A DNA stretch of 63,552 nucleotides, filler included, from Octopus bimaculoides (GCF_001194135.2; 7 parts of 7 records of this genome joined end to end with filler, not necessarily neighbours in it); one strand, 5' to 3'; positions 37,470 through 50,924 are shown, counted from the first letter of the whole stretch. The notes: a model not told the origin generated them from the letters alone. Numbers and translations are program-made.

Positions 37470-38215
37470 ATGCGCAGAGAGAGGGGAATTTGAAGAAGAT
37501 GCTAGAGTTGTTCGGAGATCTCTCAGCAGATGTCTACCGAAGCTGGCATCAGAACGGAAGAATTCCCAATTCTGTGAGCCGAGGTGTGGTGGTACCTCAG
37601 ACAAAGACCCGACAAAGGTGAACCATATCGATAATTTTAGGCCCGTATATGTAATAAACGCAGATCATAAGACTTTGGCCAAAAGGTTGGTACTTGTCTT
37701 TAGTATATTGGTTGGTGACGAGCAGACAACGCTATTCCAAATAGATCGCGCGTTCAGTCAGTCAAGGTTACCAACGCGTCCCCGTCTCTACGTGCTGGCC
37801 ATCGAGCCATTGCTACGGAAGCTGGATGTTTCGAGGGACATCCCACCTGTACTAGGAACGCAGAAGGTTCGTGTCAGTTTATGCAGACAACGTCACATAA
37901 TAGAATCGAACATCTCGGAAATCGAGGTGATGTACCCCAGCCTAAGGGTGTGGCAACAAGAGCAAAGATTAACTGGGAGAAATCGGTATGCCTGCAGCTC
38001 GGCACCTGAAGAGGCAAATCCATGCCACGTGATAGCATCGTGGCGTGCTGAACGGAAGGATTAGTCAAAATGCTCGGAGTCTGTTTGTGTAAGAACTGGG
38101 AAGGGAGGTGACGAGCAAGGTGGCCAGTCTCATCAAGAAATGGGGCGAAAGGAAATTGTTTCTGAAAGATCGGGTGGAGGTGGCGAATGTGTGCATCATC
38201 TCATCATCTACGACC
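37470..38215 (+). pseudogene. L1-Tx1 RT fragment with internal deletion
   Basis: FGDLSADVYRSWHQNGRIPNSVSRGVVV; IDNFRPVYVINADHKTLAK; LVGDEQT joined directly to YVLAIEPLLRKL; ERKLFLKDRVEVAN. Bounded by (AGT)n and (ATGT)n; a likely 3' UTR remnant lies at 38520-38720. Confidence 0.85.
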
Positions 38216-38764
38216 ACCCAGCCGCGCTCTCTTACCATGCTTCGTTGCTGATCAATCGAGTTGCAACCATATATGCCACCATATATGCATGTATATATGC
38301 AAGTATGCATGTATGTATGTGTGTATGTATGTATGTATGTATGTATGTATGTATGTATGTATGTATGTATGTATGCATGTATGTATGTTTGCATGTATGT
38401 GTATGCATGTATGTGTATATATGTGTATGCGTCTATATGTGTGCGTACGTGCATGTGTGTATGTTTGTGTATATGTGTGAGTGAGTGCGTGCGTATGTAA
38501 GTGGGTTTGTTTTTTAATAGTGTATTTGTAATAAATATAACGAGAACGATTTATAAAGAAGGCAACTTTTTACTAAAGGATCCTCTGATTTGCCGTTAAT
38601 AAAGGGAGTTGGTCCCCACCCCACCCCTAAAGACGTAGGTTTATAGTAACTGAGCCCTCCAGCCCCCTATTTCTTTTTTCGCCTAGGAAGATACAGTCAT
38701 TTTTACTTTTGTTTTTTTTTTCCCTCGTACTCAAAGTTCTTCAAGCAATATGCTTACAGTTCCT

Positions 38765-39192
38765 TTAAAGCGGCGGGGCTGGCAGACTCGTAAAGATTTC
38801 GGGCAAAATTCTCGTTCTGAGTTCGAATTCGACCAAGGTCGACTTTGTCTTTTATCCTTTCGGGGTCGCTAAAATAAGTAACAGTGACGCACTGGGGTTG
38901 ATGTAATCGACTTAGCCTCTCCCCCTAACTTGCTGGCCTTGTGCCAAAATTTGAACTCAATGTTTACTGGTCTTTTTGGTGCCGTTTGATATGGTTTCTT
39001 ATATAGACAACAGGTCAGCAGTTTAGAAGGGTGAAGGTATAGTGGAGACCATCGACCCTTGTACTTAACTAGTACTATATTTTATGTATAATATGGAAGG
39101 TAATATTGTGCTCTAGTGGGATTCGAACTTAAAACGTACAGTGCCGCAAAGCGCTTTTCCTGACGCTGTAACGATTCTTTCAGCTCACCGCT
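38765..39192. mobile_element. Two decayed SINE family A copies, tail-to-tail (38765-38955 +, 39020-39192 -)
   Basis: Family A core on opposite strands. Confidence 0.8.
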
Positions 39193-39269
39193 TTATAATG
39201 TTCTATATGGTCTAATATTTGTCTGTCCTTTATTAATCCTTTCCAAAGTATTTTTATTTTTAGCGACTG

Positions 39270-39704
39270 CTTCAGCTTTCCATTCCACTTTCTGCTTATC
39301 TCTATTTCCAGATCTCAATAGCGTTATATTGGAATAGTTTCTGCATATCTTTTAGTGATACGCTATCATCTGTTGGGACTGATACATCCATCGATTAGGA
39401 GGCATTTCCTTTCCAGAATGCTTGACAACAATATCCGGTCGATATGCCTTAATCTTCTTATCTGTGTGAATTGGAATATCCCAGAGTGTGGTCACATTGT
39501 CATTCATTCTCTGAGACCTTTTCTTGTGTCTCTGTTTATTCCATCTCTTTTCTATCTGTATTTCGTAATACCGCTACAATTTCCTGTGTAAGAATCCTTC
39601 AACGCTTTCACTTCCTCCTCTCCCTTTCTTTCATTCTTTCTCTTTCTCTCTTTCACTCACTCACACACTCACTCACTCACTCACTCATTGTTTCTCTTTC
39701 TAAG

Positions 39705-39758
<54 letters not shown>

Positions 39759-40260
39759 ATGTATGTATGTATGTATGTATGTATGTATTCTCTTTTAGCT
39801 GAAATTGAACAGCCAGAAACAGAGTGATTGATCATTCCTTCACAAACTACAAATTCAACAATTACTTATTATATTCTGCGCCATTATATAGCCTTTTGGT
39901 TGTTGGGGAAGCTTTGGTCATATGCTGAAACCAAAACTCCTTCCATCTCACCTGTCTTGCCTTTCCCTGCCAGTGCTGTCATTCTTTTCCTTATCTACTT
40001 CCCCTTTCTTCGTTCTTGCCATATATTGTCCTGGTGGAGAATTTTCTTGCTATCGTTTTAGCATGACCTTCAGGAGTTAGTTTCTCTTTTCAGCTGTTGT
40101 AGTCTTCGGCTTTTGATTTTGGCTTCACAGGAGACAAAAAGTCAGCTGTGTTTTGTTCATGATTTGTGGCTATTTCTTTTCTATATGTTTGTAAGACATG
40201 CAGTAGATATTTTGCAACATTTCTCTCATTTCCAGAAGGCTCCTACATTCCTGGTTTTCG
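39270..40260 (-). mobile_element. R4/Dong-like LINE fragment (post-RT and RLE) interrupted by microsatellite at 39600-39830
   Basis: PGQYMARTKKGEVDKEK..EMEGVLVSAYDQSFP; ENDNVTTLWDIPIHTDKKIKAYRPDIVVK; RKCLLID; DLEIEISRKW. Confidence 0.8.
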
Positions 40261-40394
40261 TCAGGTTTTGGGCGTTGTGTTTTAAATATAATAATTATGC
40301 TTTCTTCATTTCACTGTCAATTAGCGTCGTGTTGAGAACATAACTTATTACTGACAGCAACAATGTTTATATCTAGTGTCTTCTTCTTCTTCTT

Positions 40395-40973
40395 CTTATT
40401 ATTATTATTATTATTATCATTATCATTGTTATTATTATTATTGAGTGAGAGAGCAGTGCATGCCATCAAAGTGACACTGGAGTAAAATATACAAAGCCCA
40501 TTATACCCATCATGACTACCCGTCTGATAAGGGTACACCAGGCACATGCATCACAACCATATGTGCGCGACATTGTGATCTCATATCAAGATAAACAGCG
40601 CATGACATCTCAGGTGGGGCCCAGTTAGAATTTTTTCAGGTCTAGTAGCCCATCCCGCTCAAAAGGTCCCTGAATAAGGTTTGTTTAAGGATGTTGAGCA
40701 AAACACCCATGTTTCCAAAGGTGAATTATTCAAACCCCAAAGAACTCCTCTCAACACATGGCTATGATGCTCCCCCACTACTTCTGCTCGTGATCAGAGA
40801 TGCACATATCGCCATCACCAAGGGACATGCTTAACTGGTTAAGGTCAGACAACTGACAAGCAAATCTGTGGTATTAAGCAGAATATTTGCTGTAGCCCAT
40901 CTTTTATATCAAGACAAAACAACGTACCTGATAACACTTCCAATCAATTAAGATCAAAAGCCATAAGAGCCAC

Positions 40974-40976
<3 letters not shown>
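40395..40976 (-). mobile_element. Family F element, second copy, flanked by (AAT)n on both sides
   Basis: Reverse-complement homologue of 12182-12713. Confidence 0.85.
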
Positions 40977-41037
<61 letters not shown>

Positions 41038-41159
41038 TTGGTTTGGCTCAGATTCGGTCTTATTCCTGGTAGGGAATATGCATAGCGGGGTAGGGATTAT
41101 GTGGATGTAAACTTAGGTATCTACAGATTTTCAGCTGTCTTTCAAGTGTTTAGGACACT

Positions 41160-41375
41160 CCTTGGCGAGCTGGCAGAATCGTTAGCACGCTGGACGAAAT
41201 GCTTAGCGATATTTCACCCGTCGTTACGTTTTGAGTTCAAGTTCCGCCGAGGTCGACTTTGCCTTTCATCTTTTTGAGGTTGATAAAATAAGTACCAGTT
41301 ATGTACTGGGGTCGATGTAATCGACTCATCTCCACCTCCCCCAAGCTGCCCTTGTAGCAAAAATTTGAAATAATA
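41160..41375 (+). mobile_element. SINE family A, full length
   Basis: GGCGAGCTGGCAGAATCGTTAGCACG...GAGTTCAAGTTCCGCCGAGGTCGACTTTGCC. Confidence 0.92.
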
Positions 41376-41499
41376 ATAATCATTATTGTTGTTGTTTTAC
41401 TTCTCCAAACGTTCGGTCTTGTTTGCTCTGATAGATTCTGTGAGAGCGAACAGCAGGCTGCTGTCAGAGGACTCACAGGGCCTCTTTGCACACATTATA

Positions 41500-42322
41500 A
41501 GCTTTGATACTTGGTTGTTATTTATCGTGGGAGACATTCAACATCCAGGTACCAATCTCAAAATCCTATCTGTCCCCAGCAGAGCAGTTTTTCGGACATA
41601 TTTCTCGAACTTTGTTGTTAGAGCTCCAAGTGTCCCTACAACTACTGGAATGACAGACACTCTCCTCATGGTCCACATTCGTCTTTTGGCAGTCTGTACT
41701 TTTCAATATTTTCTAGTTTTTTGTCATTTATGCGTGCATCCCCAGATATTGCAATATCTATACTCTTGATTTCCTTTTTTTCCTTTATCTACCACAACAA
41801 TATCTGGTTTCGGAGCCTCGATTAGGGAGTCACGTTGGGTTGTAAAATCCCACAGTATCTTACATTCCTTGTTCTCGGCGACTCCTTCTGGTCCATGTTC
41901 GTCCCATTTCCGTGCTCTGTTCAGGCCATACTTTTCACATACCTTCCAGTGGACGAACTTAGCCACGTAATCGTGACTCCTTTTGTAGTGCTTTTTAGAC
42001 CAGCTTCCTACACTCATTCACAATATGTGAGATTGTTTCGTTTCTGCTGCTACAAATCCTACAAAGGAACGATTCGCTACTCTTATCTATTTGGAACTTG
42101 GTGTAATTAGTTCTCAGAGCTTGTTCCTCAGCGCTGCATATCAATGCCTCAGTGCATCCTTTCGGATCACTTTTTCTTAGCCATCTCCAAGTGTTGATCT
42201 TGTCTTGTCTTTCGATTTCTCTGAGGTGTTGTCCATGAAGTGGTTTCGTTTTTCCAATTGTTTACCCCTTCTTTCTCATCTTGTTTCTTAAATGTTTGTG
42301 GCTGTATCACATTTTCGGTAGG

Positions 42323-42325
<3 letters not shown>
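41500..42325 (-). mobile_element. 5'-truncated R4/Dong-like LINE (CCHC finger plus RLE)
   Basis: TEALICSAEEQALRTNY; CRIC..ETISHI; YKRSHDYVAKFVHWKVCEKYGL..KILWDF..PDIVVVDK; VIPVVVGTLG..KTALLGTDRILR. The 5' end abuts (AAT)n at 42326-42398. Confidence 0.9.
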
Positions 42326-42393
<68 letters not shown>

Positions 42394-42534
42394 CATTATT
42401 TATTGTCTTTCTGTTCAATAGGTAGCAGCCCACTTTTTTCCAAGTATACAGTTCACCGGCCAAAGCACCTGGCAGTAGTCTTAACATTAGCAGAAGACAC
42501 GTTATTGGTCTTCTGCTAATGTTGTTGTGGTTGT

Positions 42535-44300
42535 TATTTACTTTTAATCTGAATGTTTGTTACAGTCAGTTGCCGAGACACACCCAGCATCTTAGGGCCA
42601 GTGAAGGATAAGAGATGTTACAGTATGACTGAAAGCTTGGGGAGGGTAAATGGCAGGGGTAGTAGCGAAAAATCTTCATGTAATACAACACAGAAATTTT
42701 AATTAGTAGGGTTTTTCTAAGAACGTGGGCAGTACATGTCAGAACAATCTTTTGGATTTCTCTGAGACATGGTTCTCCTGGGATATTATCTAGATGTTTC
42801 TACATCTCTTTCTTATCATACCTAGGGAACCCACAATAAGAGGAACAGTTCTCGTTTTCTGGAGCTGTACTAAACTCGGTTTTTTGCCTATTTCCTCTAT
42901 CCAGCTGTTCAAATCTTTAGGGATAGTTGCTAATGTACCTTTAACTACAAGGATACGTTTTATCTGCACTTTCCATAGTTCCTATAACTCAATGACTAAG
43001 TTCTGGTACTTCGTAATATTTTCCATATCTCTCGTATTGACTTTCACATCATTTGGTACTGTAAAGTCAATTATCTGACACTTTCTATTCTCTTTATCTA
43101 CTACTTCTAAATCAGGCCTTCTAGTTTCTACTGCTCCGTCAGTCTAGCTAGTTTTAGATCTGGTTGCTTCTCACTAACTGCTTCTTCCCTTACTTTCCTT
43201 AACCATGCTGCACCGCCATTATAACTAACTGACTTATACTAAATATTATTCCAGAAATTTCTAGCTTCTGCATTAGGCTTCTTCTGTATTAATAGTTTCT
43301 TCTAGACTTTTTATTTGTCGATAAAACCTCGTCTTATCTCAAATCATCTGTTGTTCTCTTGATACTGATCTATTCTTTTCTGATATCTGGAAAACTTACC
43401 TGCTGTTGCTTTGCTACGCTGTTTCAACTCTTCTGTGACTATCCTAAATCCTTTTTTTTTTCACTAAGTATCTTTTCCCAAGGAAGATTTAAATCTTATG
43501 TTTCCTGGCTTATTCAGTTTCCAGGCTTCTATTCAGATCTTGTCTTAAAATCTTTACTTTATTTTCTAATCTCCATTTCTACAGTTGCTCCTTCCTAACC
43601 TCTCCTTCTATTAATTACAACTCCTCCTGCATAGATCAATAAATTAGTGTCTCCTATATTTTTAGCATCTACCCTACTCATAACATGATCTACTTTTCTA
43701 GCAATAGCAAGCAACTCCCCTGTAGTGACACATTTTAATGCTGGTAATCTTTTTCCTTCCTCTTTTCTCATTGCTTCCTCCAACTCATCTAAAATCTTCT
43801 GATCTTCCTCAATTAAGTTGCTAGTGCCATTTGTCCCTTTCTGATTGGTAGTGTTATTATTATTTTTTTCCTTTAGCTTCTTCCTTGGTTTATACTGTAT
43901 CTTTTATGTTGTTGTTTTGGCTTTTCTACTATTTGGTCTTTCTCTTGTGATCTCTTCCAGCTCCAATTCTGTCATCCACTTCTTTCTCCTAATAGCATTA
44001 GCCTGGTCTGTTAGTCTGTCTCAGTCACTTCAAACATACCTTTCTTTATCTAAAGCATTAACATCCGTTTTCTGTAACACCTTCATTTAGGTTCACTTTC
44101 ACTGCATCACTAACCTATTTTCTTTGCTGGTCTGCTTCTTTCTCCTTTCTCTATTATCTGCCGAAGTTGTCTTAAGAAAACAGCTATGGTCAGTCTGCAT
44201 CTTTACTGAAACAATGCCACGCGAGAGGCCTTCCCTTAATGGTCCAACCTCATTTTCGCTGTTATGACCAGAATTTCTGTGTAAACATATGTCTCTCATA
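42535..44300 (-). mobile_element. R4/Dong-like LINE retaining both ends but lacking the whole RT domain
   Basis: N-terminal peptides RLTDQANAIRRKKWMTELELEEI, RLPALK..DTNLLIYAGG, EELKQR..FSRYQKRIDQY, RNFWNNI..AAWLRKV are joined at about 43150 to DGAVETRRPDLEVVDKENRKCQIIDFTVPND..LVQLQK. The 3' UTR ends in an AAC/AAT-rich tail. Confidence 0.85.
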
Positions 44301-45124
44301 AACTGAGGAAGGTAATGCTTGTCACCATCATCACCACTATAATTAATTTGACATCCGATAGTTTCAAGTAAGTTTCTATTGCATCACTTATTATTATTCT
44401 TGTGTATTTCGGGTATAGTTTTGCAGTGTAGAATGCATATAGTTCTTCAACATAGTCGTCACCTGCTCATCATTCCCTTTTGGTTTATTTTTCATTTGGT
44501 CAGTGACATTAAGAGATGGGGTTTGTCTATTCAGTGTTAACTTTTTGACAGAACACCGTCTTTAGTCATGTGCTAAAATTTCTTTCATATCGTGTTAGCC
44601 CAAGATTCACAGATCGAAATTCACCTTTACTTCTTTTCTTTTCGTAGTTTTATTACAGAGCAAATCTGCTTTTTTTTCTCTCTGTTTAAAATGAAGCGTG
44701 TTGCATTTCTTTTTTTTATTATTATTATTATTTCTCTTTTAAGTCGTTTAAACATTGTGTGTTGGATGTTTGTCTTATTCATTTGTGACAAATTGTACGT
44801 GTTTATGTGTGAACAGTATAAACATTACATCTGTTAGAGTATAACCAACAAACAGTAATGTTTACATGTGTAGAAATGAGAATGCATATATGATTAATTC
44901 TGGAACACGTATTTTTTTATAGGGACATCGCATTTTCGCGTATTGTTTACATTTTTGTAAAGGGATATTTCACTTCCAAATGCTGCTTGCATTTTTATGC
45001 ACATGCCTTGCTGTGACAACGTGCTTGGCAGAAACTATTTTTAATATATGAGAGAAATATTTCGGCTTCCTGAAATGATTTACATTACAAAACAAGTTTC
45101 TTTCTTTTTGTGTGTATGGTTTCT

Positions 45125-46302
45125 TAAATCCTTATTATTATTATTTTATTTTATTACCTTTCCACAGCTTCTAACGCTGGAGATGTACTACAGTGCCAGC
45201 TGTTCACTACCAGTGAACTAAAGTAACATCCCTTAATTTTCGAGCACCTTCCGGAGTATTCGAGCGATTCCAAGCAGTGCTGTTTTCTGCAAGTGCTCCA
45301 CCCTTATTGCAGCCCTTATTTGTTTCATGAACTTCTCAAGATTTTTGCTCACTGTTCTCAGGGCTCCGACAATTACTACTACCCCCTTTTTCAGCGACCA
45401 CAACTGCTTAACGCCCCAAGCTAACCTTTCTTTCTTCCTTATCACATACCTTGTTGTCAGCTGGGCATGCTATATCTATGATCCAGCATCATTTGTTTTC
45501 TTTCTCAATTAACACTATCTCTGGTTTCTTATTCTCTATCTCATGGTCGCACTGAATCATAGAATCCCATAGGATCTTTGCATTTTCGACTTCGGGTTTG
45601 TGTCCGTCCACTTTTTTGCTTTATCAATCCATACTTGTTGCAAAGTCTCCAATGGACAAGCCTTGCTATATTTTCATGACGTCTCTTATATTCTTTCTGG
45701 GCTAGTGGAGTACATTGACTGGTAATATGCCATAGGGTTTCACCATTTTGTCCACAAATTCTGTACTTATCATTTTCTGATTTTTTGTCTATTCTGTATT
45801 TGATATAATTGGTTCTTAATGCTTGCTTTTGAGCAGCACAGATTAGAGCCTCCGTTTTCTGCTTAAGATCCCTTTTAGTCATTCATAGCCATCTTTTTTC
45901 TCTGTCTGTCTTATCTTCAACATCTCTATGAAATTGTCCATGCATTCTTTTCTTTACCCATCTATTTTCAGTTTAATTCGTTTTCAATTGCTTGTACAGT
46001 GCTTTATCTTTCCAATCTTCCATCCAACACAAGCCTGATCTTCTTACTTCCAATAATAGCGGTTCTGTGGCATTTTTCCATACCATGCTATGTTGTTTTC
46101 TTCTGCTCTATTGCTGTGTTCGCATCCAATCAGTCCTCTTCCCCCTCTTTTTCTTGGTACATACAGTCTGCATGTGTCACTTTTTGGGTGGAGTGTCCCA
46201 TATCTAGTTAGCAACTTCCTTGGCTTTTTTTCTAAGCTGTTTAGTTCGTCTACTGTCCATGCGATTGCTCCTGCCCCACATCTAAAGAGCGAAGCCGCCA
46301 AG
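45125..46302 (-). mobile_element. 5'-truncated R4/Dong-like LINE between (AAC/AAT)n and (AAT)n tracts
   Basis: LHPKSDTCRLYVPRKRGGRGL; TEALICAAQKQALRTNYIKYRID..CGQNGETLWHITSQCTPLAQKEYKRRHENIARLVHW; EHLQKTALLGIARILRKVLEN*. Confidence 0.93.
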
Positions 46303-46303
46303 G

Positions 46304-46361
<58 letters not shown>

Positions 46362-46559
46362 ATTATTGCTTACTTTTAATCTGCATGTTTAATTCAATCA
46401 CTTGCCAGGGCACACCCCAGCGCCCAAGGGTAAGTGAAGGTTAAGTGTGTTGGAATATAAATGAACGGCTTTGTTTTAAGCATTAATCTAATTAGTTTCT
46501 AATATTCTCTTCCTTCCTTTTCCCTTTCAATTGCATTCACCCTATTTTATTAATTCCAA

Positions 46560-47060
46560 AATATTTCTCTTCATTTCTTTAGGTGCCATGTCTGGAATGT
46601 AGAACCTTAAACAATCATGTCCCGTCACAATTCTCTTTTCTTTATTTTCTGAATCCTCTTCCTGATGTTTGATGCTTTTTCCTTTCAAAGATTTCATCAA
46701 GCTTGACATCCATGTCATCTTTCTTCTTCCTCTGCTTCTTTTCATTTCAATCTTTCCGGTCATCTCTCAATTCTCCAGGCCCTCTTTCCTCATCACATGA
46801 CCAAGAGTTCTCAGCTCTTTAGCCCTTATCTCACGAAGCAGCTTCCTATTCAGTACAACCCGGTTCAGCACTTCACTAAACATGTTATCCGTCCATGCTA
46901 TCCTCAACATTCTCCTTAAAATCACATTTCATTGTTCTCCAAACCCCTTCTCCTTTCTGATGTTATAGACCATACCTCATTTCCATACATTAACACAAGG
47001 TACGCATAGCAATTCAATATGCGGATCTTGGTCATGATCTAAGTCCGTGTAGTGGTCTAA
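46560..47060 (-). mobile_element. RTE-clade LINE 3' end
   Basis: RILNCYAYLVLMYGNEVW; RRMLRIAWTD; LRTLGHVMRKEGLENLEMTGKIEMKRSRGRRKMTW; very short 3' UTR ending GACATGGCACCTAAAGAAATGAAGAGA. Confidence 0.88.
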
Positions 47061-49240
47061 TTCTCTTAGCATTATCTTTGTCTCTTTAATTAACATTTCA
47101 TTTGCGTTCGTAATTAATTTCTCTTTTCGACATTGCTTCACTGCATTTTTCTAAACAGAATTTGCATAAATCCCTATTGTAAAACCTTATACTAATTGTA
47201 TTATTGTATCTTGGTGTATATCGTCGACAGAGAGATACAAAAGATAGTTCATTCTTCTTGCAATTCCACTTTAATTTAACATGTAATTAAAATATTAATT
47301 CTCAACAGAAAAATCGTGTTAAGAAGGATTTCTTCTTGAAATATTTATCTCTTAATAAAGATGGGATTTTTTTCAGGATTCCTCTTTCGTATATATTTTT
47401 AGAATTATATACCATTTATTTGTATTTGTAGTACTCGTTATTAGTGCTTTCTTTGCCATGATATATGTTTCAAAAATATAAGGTGAAGAAAATTGTCAAC
47501 AACTTTCTGGTAGGCAAATTATTCGATGCTCAGTCTATTCATTTAGTCTCTCCTTACACTTTGTTTCATGCTTGGTTGGTCAGTAGTTATAGAACCCTCT
47601 ACAGCATCACTTCTTCATTCATACATACATATATGAATGTATACATATGCATGTGTGTGTATGTATATGAATGTGAATATGTGTGTGTGTTTATATATAT
47701 ATATATTTATATGTGTGTGTGTAAGTATATAACTTGTATATACTTACACGCGCGCACGCACACGCATATTTATATATAAACATATGTGCGTGTACACACA
47801 CATACACACATCTAAGGAGGCGTCTCTTAGTGTTTAAGCCAACGCGTATAGTGCTAACTAAACAAAGCCGAATATATGACGTGGGGTACATACAGTACGT
47901 ACGCACCGTCTTTCCAGTTAAATCTCGTAAAAATGAAAGATCTATATTAAAATTATTCGCATTCATTTATGTATCATAAGCATGCATTTCTCATTGAGGC
48001 GTTTCTCCTCCAGACAATTGCTTATATAACAATACTTTGTGCGCTCAAAGCAGGCAGGTTGTAGATTTATAGCATGCAGTTTGCACTCTTTCTTCAGTTT
48101 CGAGATTTTAAAGTGGTTTTCCGCTCGATGAACCATTCATGTCTTGTGTCAGGATTTTTCAATAGCTCATTAAATACTGCTTCTTCTTTCCAGTACTTTG
48201 CGTAAAATTGCTAAATGTTACAATCAAGAGTTTTAGACTTTATAACTTCTGGAGAAGAATGCGATGTTTATAACAGCAACGTATTGCAGTTGTAGTGTGA
48301 TGTGGATCACACTCTACTTTCGTACAGAGTCACCATTAGACTGGAGCTAAAATGTCTTCTGATACTGAAGAGTAAACTTAGTCATCGGGACTCAGTTATA
48401 TTTGTGAGGCTGGCATAAAAATACCAGAGGAAATTTGTCATGTTAACTGTTTTGGATGGGAGGAGGAGGAGGCACAACTCTTTCTTAGACAAGTGTAGTG
48501 ATTGCATTTTTCTGCAAGTTGTCATGTAGTAGCTATTGGGAAATAATTTCAAGAATAATTTACATGGAATCTGTGTAAGTCGTTCGTTAGAGGGTTAGTT
48601 TCAGCATGGATGATGTGTAAGTGCAAAACTTTGAGAAGTAAAAGTTAATATTATCTTCCAAGGGTTGTGTGTTATTAGAAACGATAGGGAAGATGTCGTC
48701 CAAGTACAAACGGAAAAGTGAGTGACACAGAAGATCGCTGCAGTCCATCATCATTGATAGAGTGTGGTGGCAGAGTGGAGCAGAACTCTTACTGCACGTA
48801 ATAATGGAAGACTATAACGAAAAAGTTGCATATTTTTCTTATTGTTAGTGCAATGTTTTGTGTTATTTTTATTTAGTATGAATTGCTTTTGCACTGGAAT
48901 GTGCAGCATTTACGTTCTAGAATGTAATGGTTTATTTGCGTTCTAGAATGTAATGGTTTATGTGTATTATAGCAGGATGTCATGTTATTTATTCCTTTTT
49001 GTTTTTTCATCTTACTGGATATTACTGGTACACAAGGCTAGATATTACTGGTACTTTTTCTATCTTACATTACTTGTTTTTTCCCGTTTCAGTGTATATT
49101 GGTAATTTACGTTAACCTAACAAGCGTTATTCTGGTAAGTAAAAAAATTAAGTTAACTCACTAAACCGATAAAGACAAAGAAAAACAACGAAACAGATAT
49201 CAGATATATGTATAGAGAAACAAGCAGAGAGAATTGACAA

Positions 49241-49282
<42 letters not shown>

Positions 49283-49284
<2 letters not shown>

Positions 49285-50048
49285 TAACGTTGACCACTAA
49301 CGTGGACAATTAATGTGCTAGAAATAGATCACATCTTGTGTCTATTAAGACCTAAATTGTTCTCAACATGAAATATAGCAGCATACCAAAACGTGAGCGG
49401 GCAAGACATTTAAAATCACCTAAAAAAGCATTCTTAAACAGAAACCGGTTTCGGATTTAACAAATCTTACCATTTGTCTATTCCCCTTCAGCCTGATTTG
49501 TAATGTAACCGTAATCATCAGAATCGTATACAGAGTTGCCCACCGCCATGGGTNNNNNNNNNNTGATTTGTAATGTAACCGTAATCATCAGAATCGTATA
49601 CAGAGTTGCCCACCGCCATGGGTGCGCGTGCATATGGTTCTGCTAATTACAGCTTAATGGTAAAATTCAAAAGTCTTCGTTTTGGCGTGCTAATTCCAGG
49701 AATATATCTGCAGAAAATATTTACTGCGTCGTATATATTCAGTATGAGAACATGGGCAATGGGTAAAATATTATTATAAAATCTGGTAATTAATCATATA
49801 TTAATTAATATCGATTAATTATCAGGAGGCCAGCACATCTAAAGAATCAAAGAGATTCAGAAATAATATCTGCAATCTCAGGGGATTTAGGTACATTTTT
49901 AAAAAATAACGTTGACCACTAACGTGGACAATTAATATGCTAGAAATAGATCACATCTTGTGTCTATTAAGACCAAAATTGTTCTCAACATGAAATATAG
50001 CAGCATACCAAAACGTGAGCGGGCAAGACATTTAAAATCACCTAAAAA
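49283..50048 (-). mobile_element. Direct repeat of about 145 bp (49283-49427 and 49905-50048) enclosing a hammerhead; pLTR-like
   Basis: AAATAACGTTGACCACTAACGTGGAC...AAAATCACCTAAAAAA occurs twice, nearly identical. Confidence 0.6.
49436..49499 (-). ncRNA. Type I hammerhead-like motif (A9>G variant, GUU triplet)
   Basis: Minus strand: CAGG/UCUG stem I, CUGAAGG, extended stem II GGAAUAGACAAAU/AUUUGUUAAAUCC, GAAA, palindromic stem III ACCGGU. Confidence 0.55.
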
Positions 50049-50243
50049 ATAATTAAAAAATAACATTTAAAAAAAATACGATTCATATGTGTAAATACAT
50101 ATATGCACACGTGTGTTCCTAATTTATGTATAAAGCGTATGTATTTGTTCATGTGCTAAAATATTGTGTTTGTGTGCATGTGTGTTTGTGTGTGTGCGTG
50201 TGCATGTGTGTGTGTGTGTGTGTGCGTGTGTGTGTGTGTGTGC

Positions 50244-50274
<31 letters not shown>

Positions 50275-50924
50275 CGCGCGCGTGTTTATACATTCAAGGG
50301 TAAACAGTTTAGGTTATGGTACTTGGAAATGAGGGAGAAAGAGAATGAAGATGAAAACAGAAATATAAACAAATGGAGACTGAAAGAGAGGAGAGAGAGA
50401 AGAAAGAGAGAGAAGAAAGGGAGAGAAGAAAGAGAGAGGAAAGAGAGAGAGGAAAGGGAGAACGGAAAGAGAAGAAAGAGAGAGAGAGAAAGAGATAGGG
50501 GAGAGAGATGGGAGGCATATAGAGTTAGAAAATGAAGCAAACAATATTGTTAGACTAAGCTGTCTTCCAGAATATTCCTGTTGAAAGGAAATAACAAATA
50601 TTATAAACGTAACCTAAGAGTGTGTAGAAGAGAGAGAAACTATAACGATGCTGGTGTTAGGAAATATTTAATATAAGTTTAAAAGAAAATACATTAAATT
50701 TTGTTTAAACAAATAATACATAAAAATATCGAAAATGAGTGATAAAAATTTGAAAACAAGTTCGTTTCTTTTCTTTTTTTTAAAAAATAAAGATGAAGTA
50801 AAAAAAAATGGTATGTAGTTTCCACAGATAATTTTGGTCTCATCTGCTTATCTGTAATTATATAGCAACTAAACTATAGAAAAAGTATAAATCTCCCTTC
50901 CTCTCTCTCTCTCTGTATACACAC

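Noticed and set aside
47820-48900. Complex non-repetitive region with Cys-containing and MSSKYKRKS-like peptides
   Set aside because: Possibly a decayed DNA transposon, but no diagnostic motif or terminus could be confirmed.
49494-49623. 60-bp tandem duplication either side of a 10-N gap
   Set aside because: Exact copies flanking a minimal gap indicate an unmerged contig overlap.
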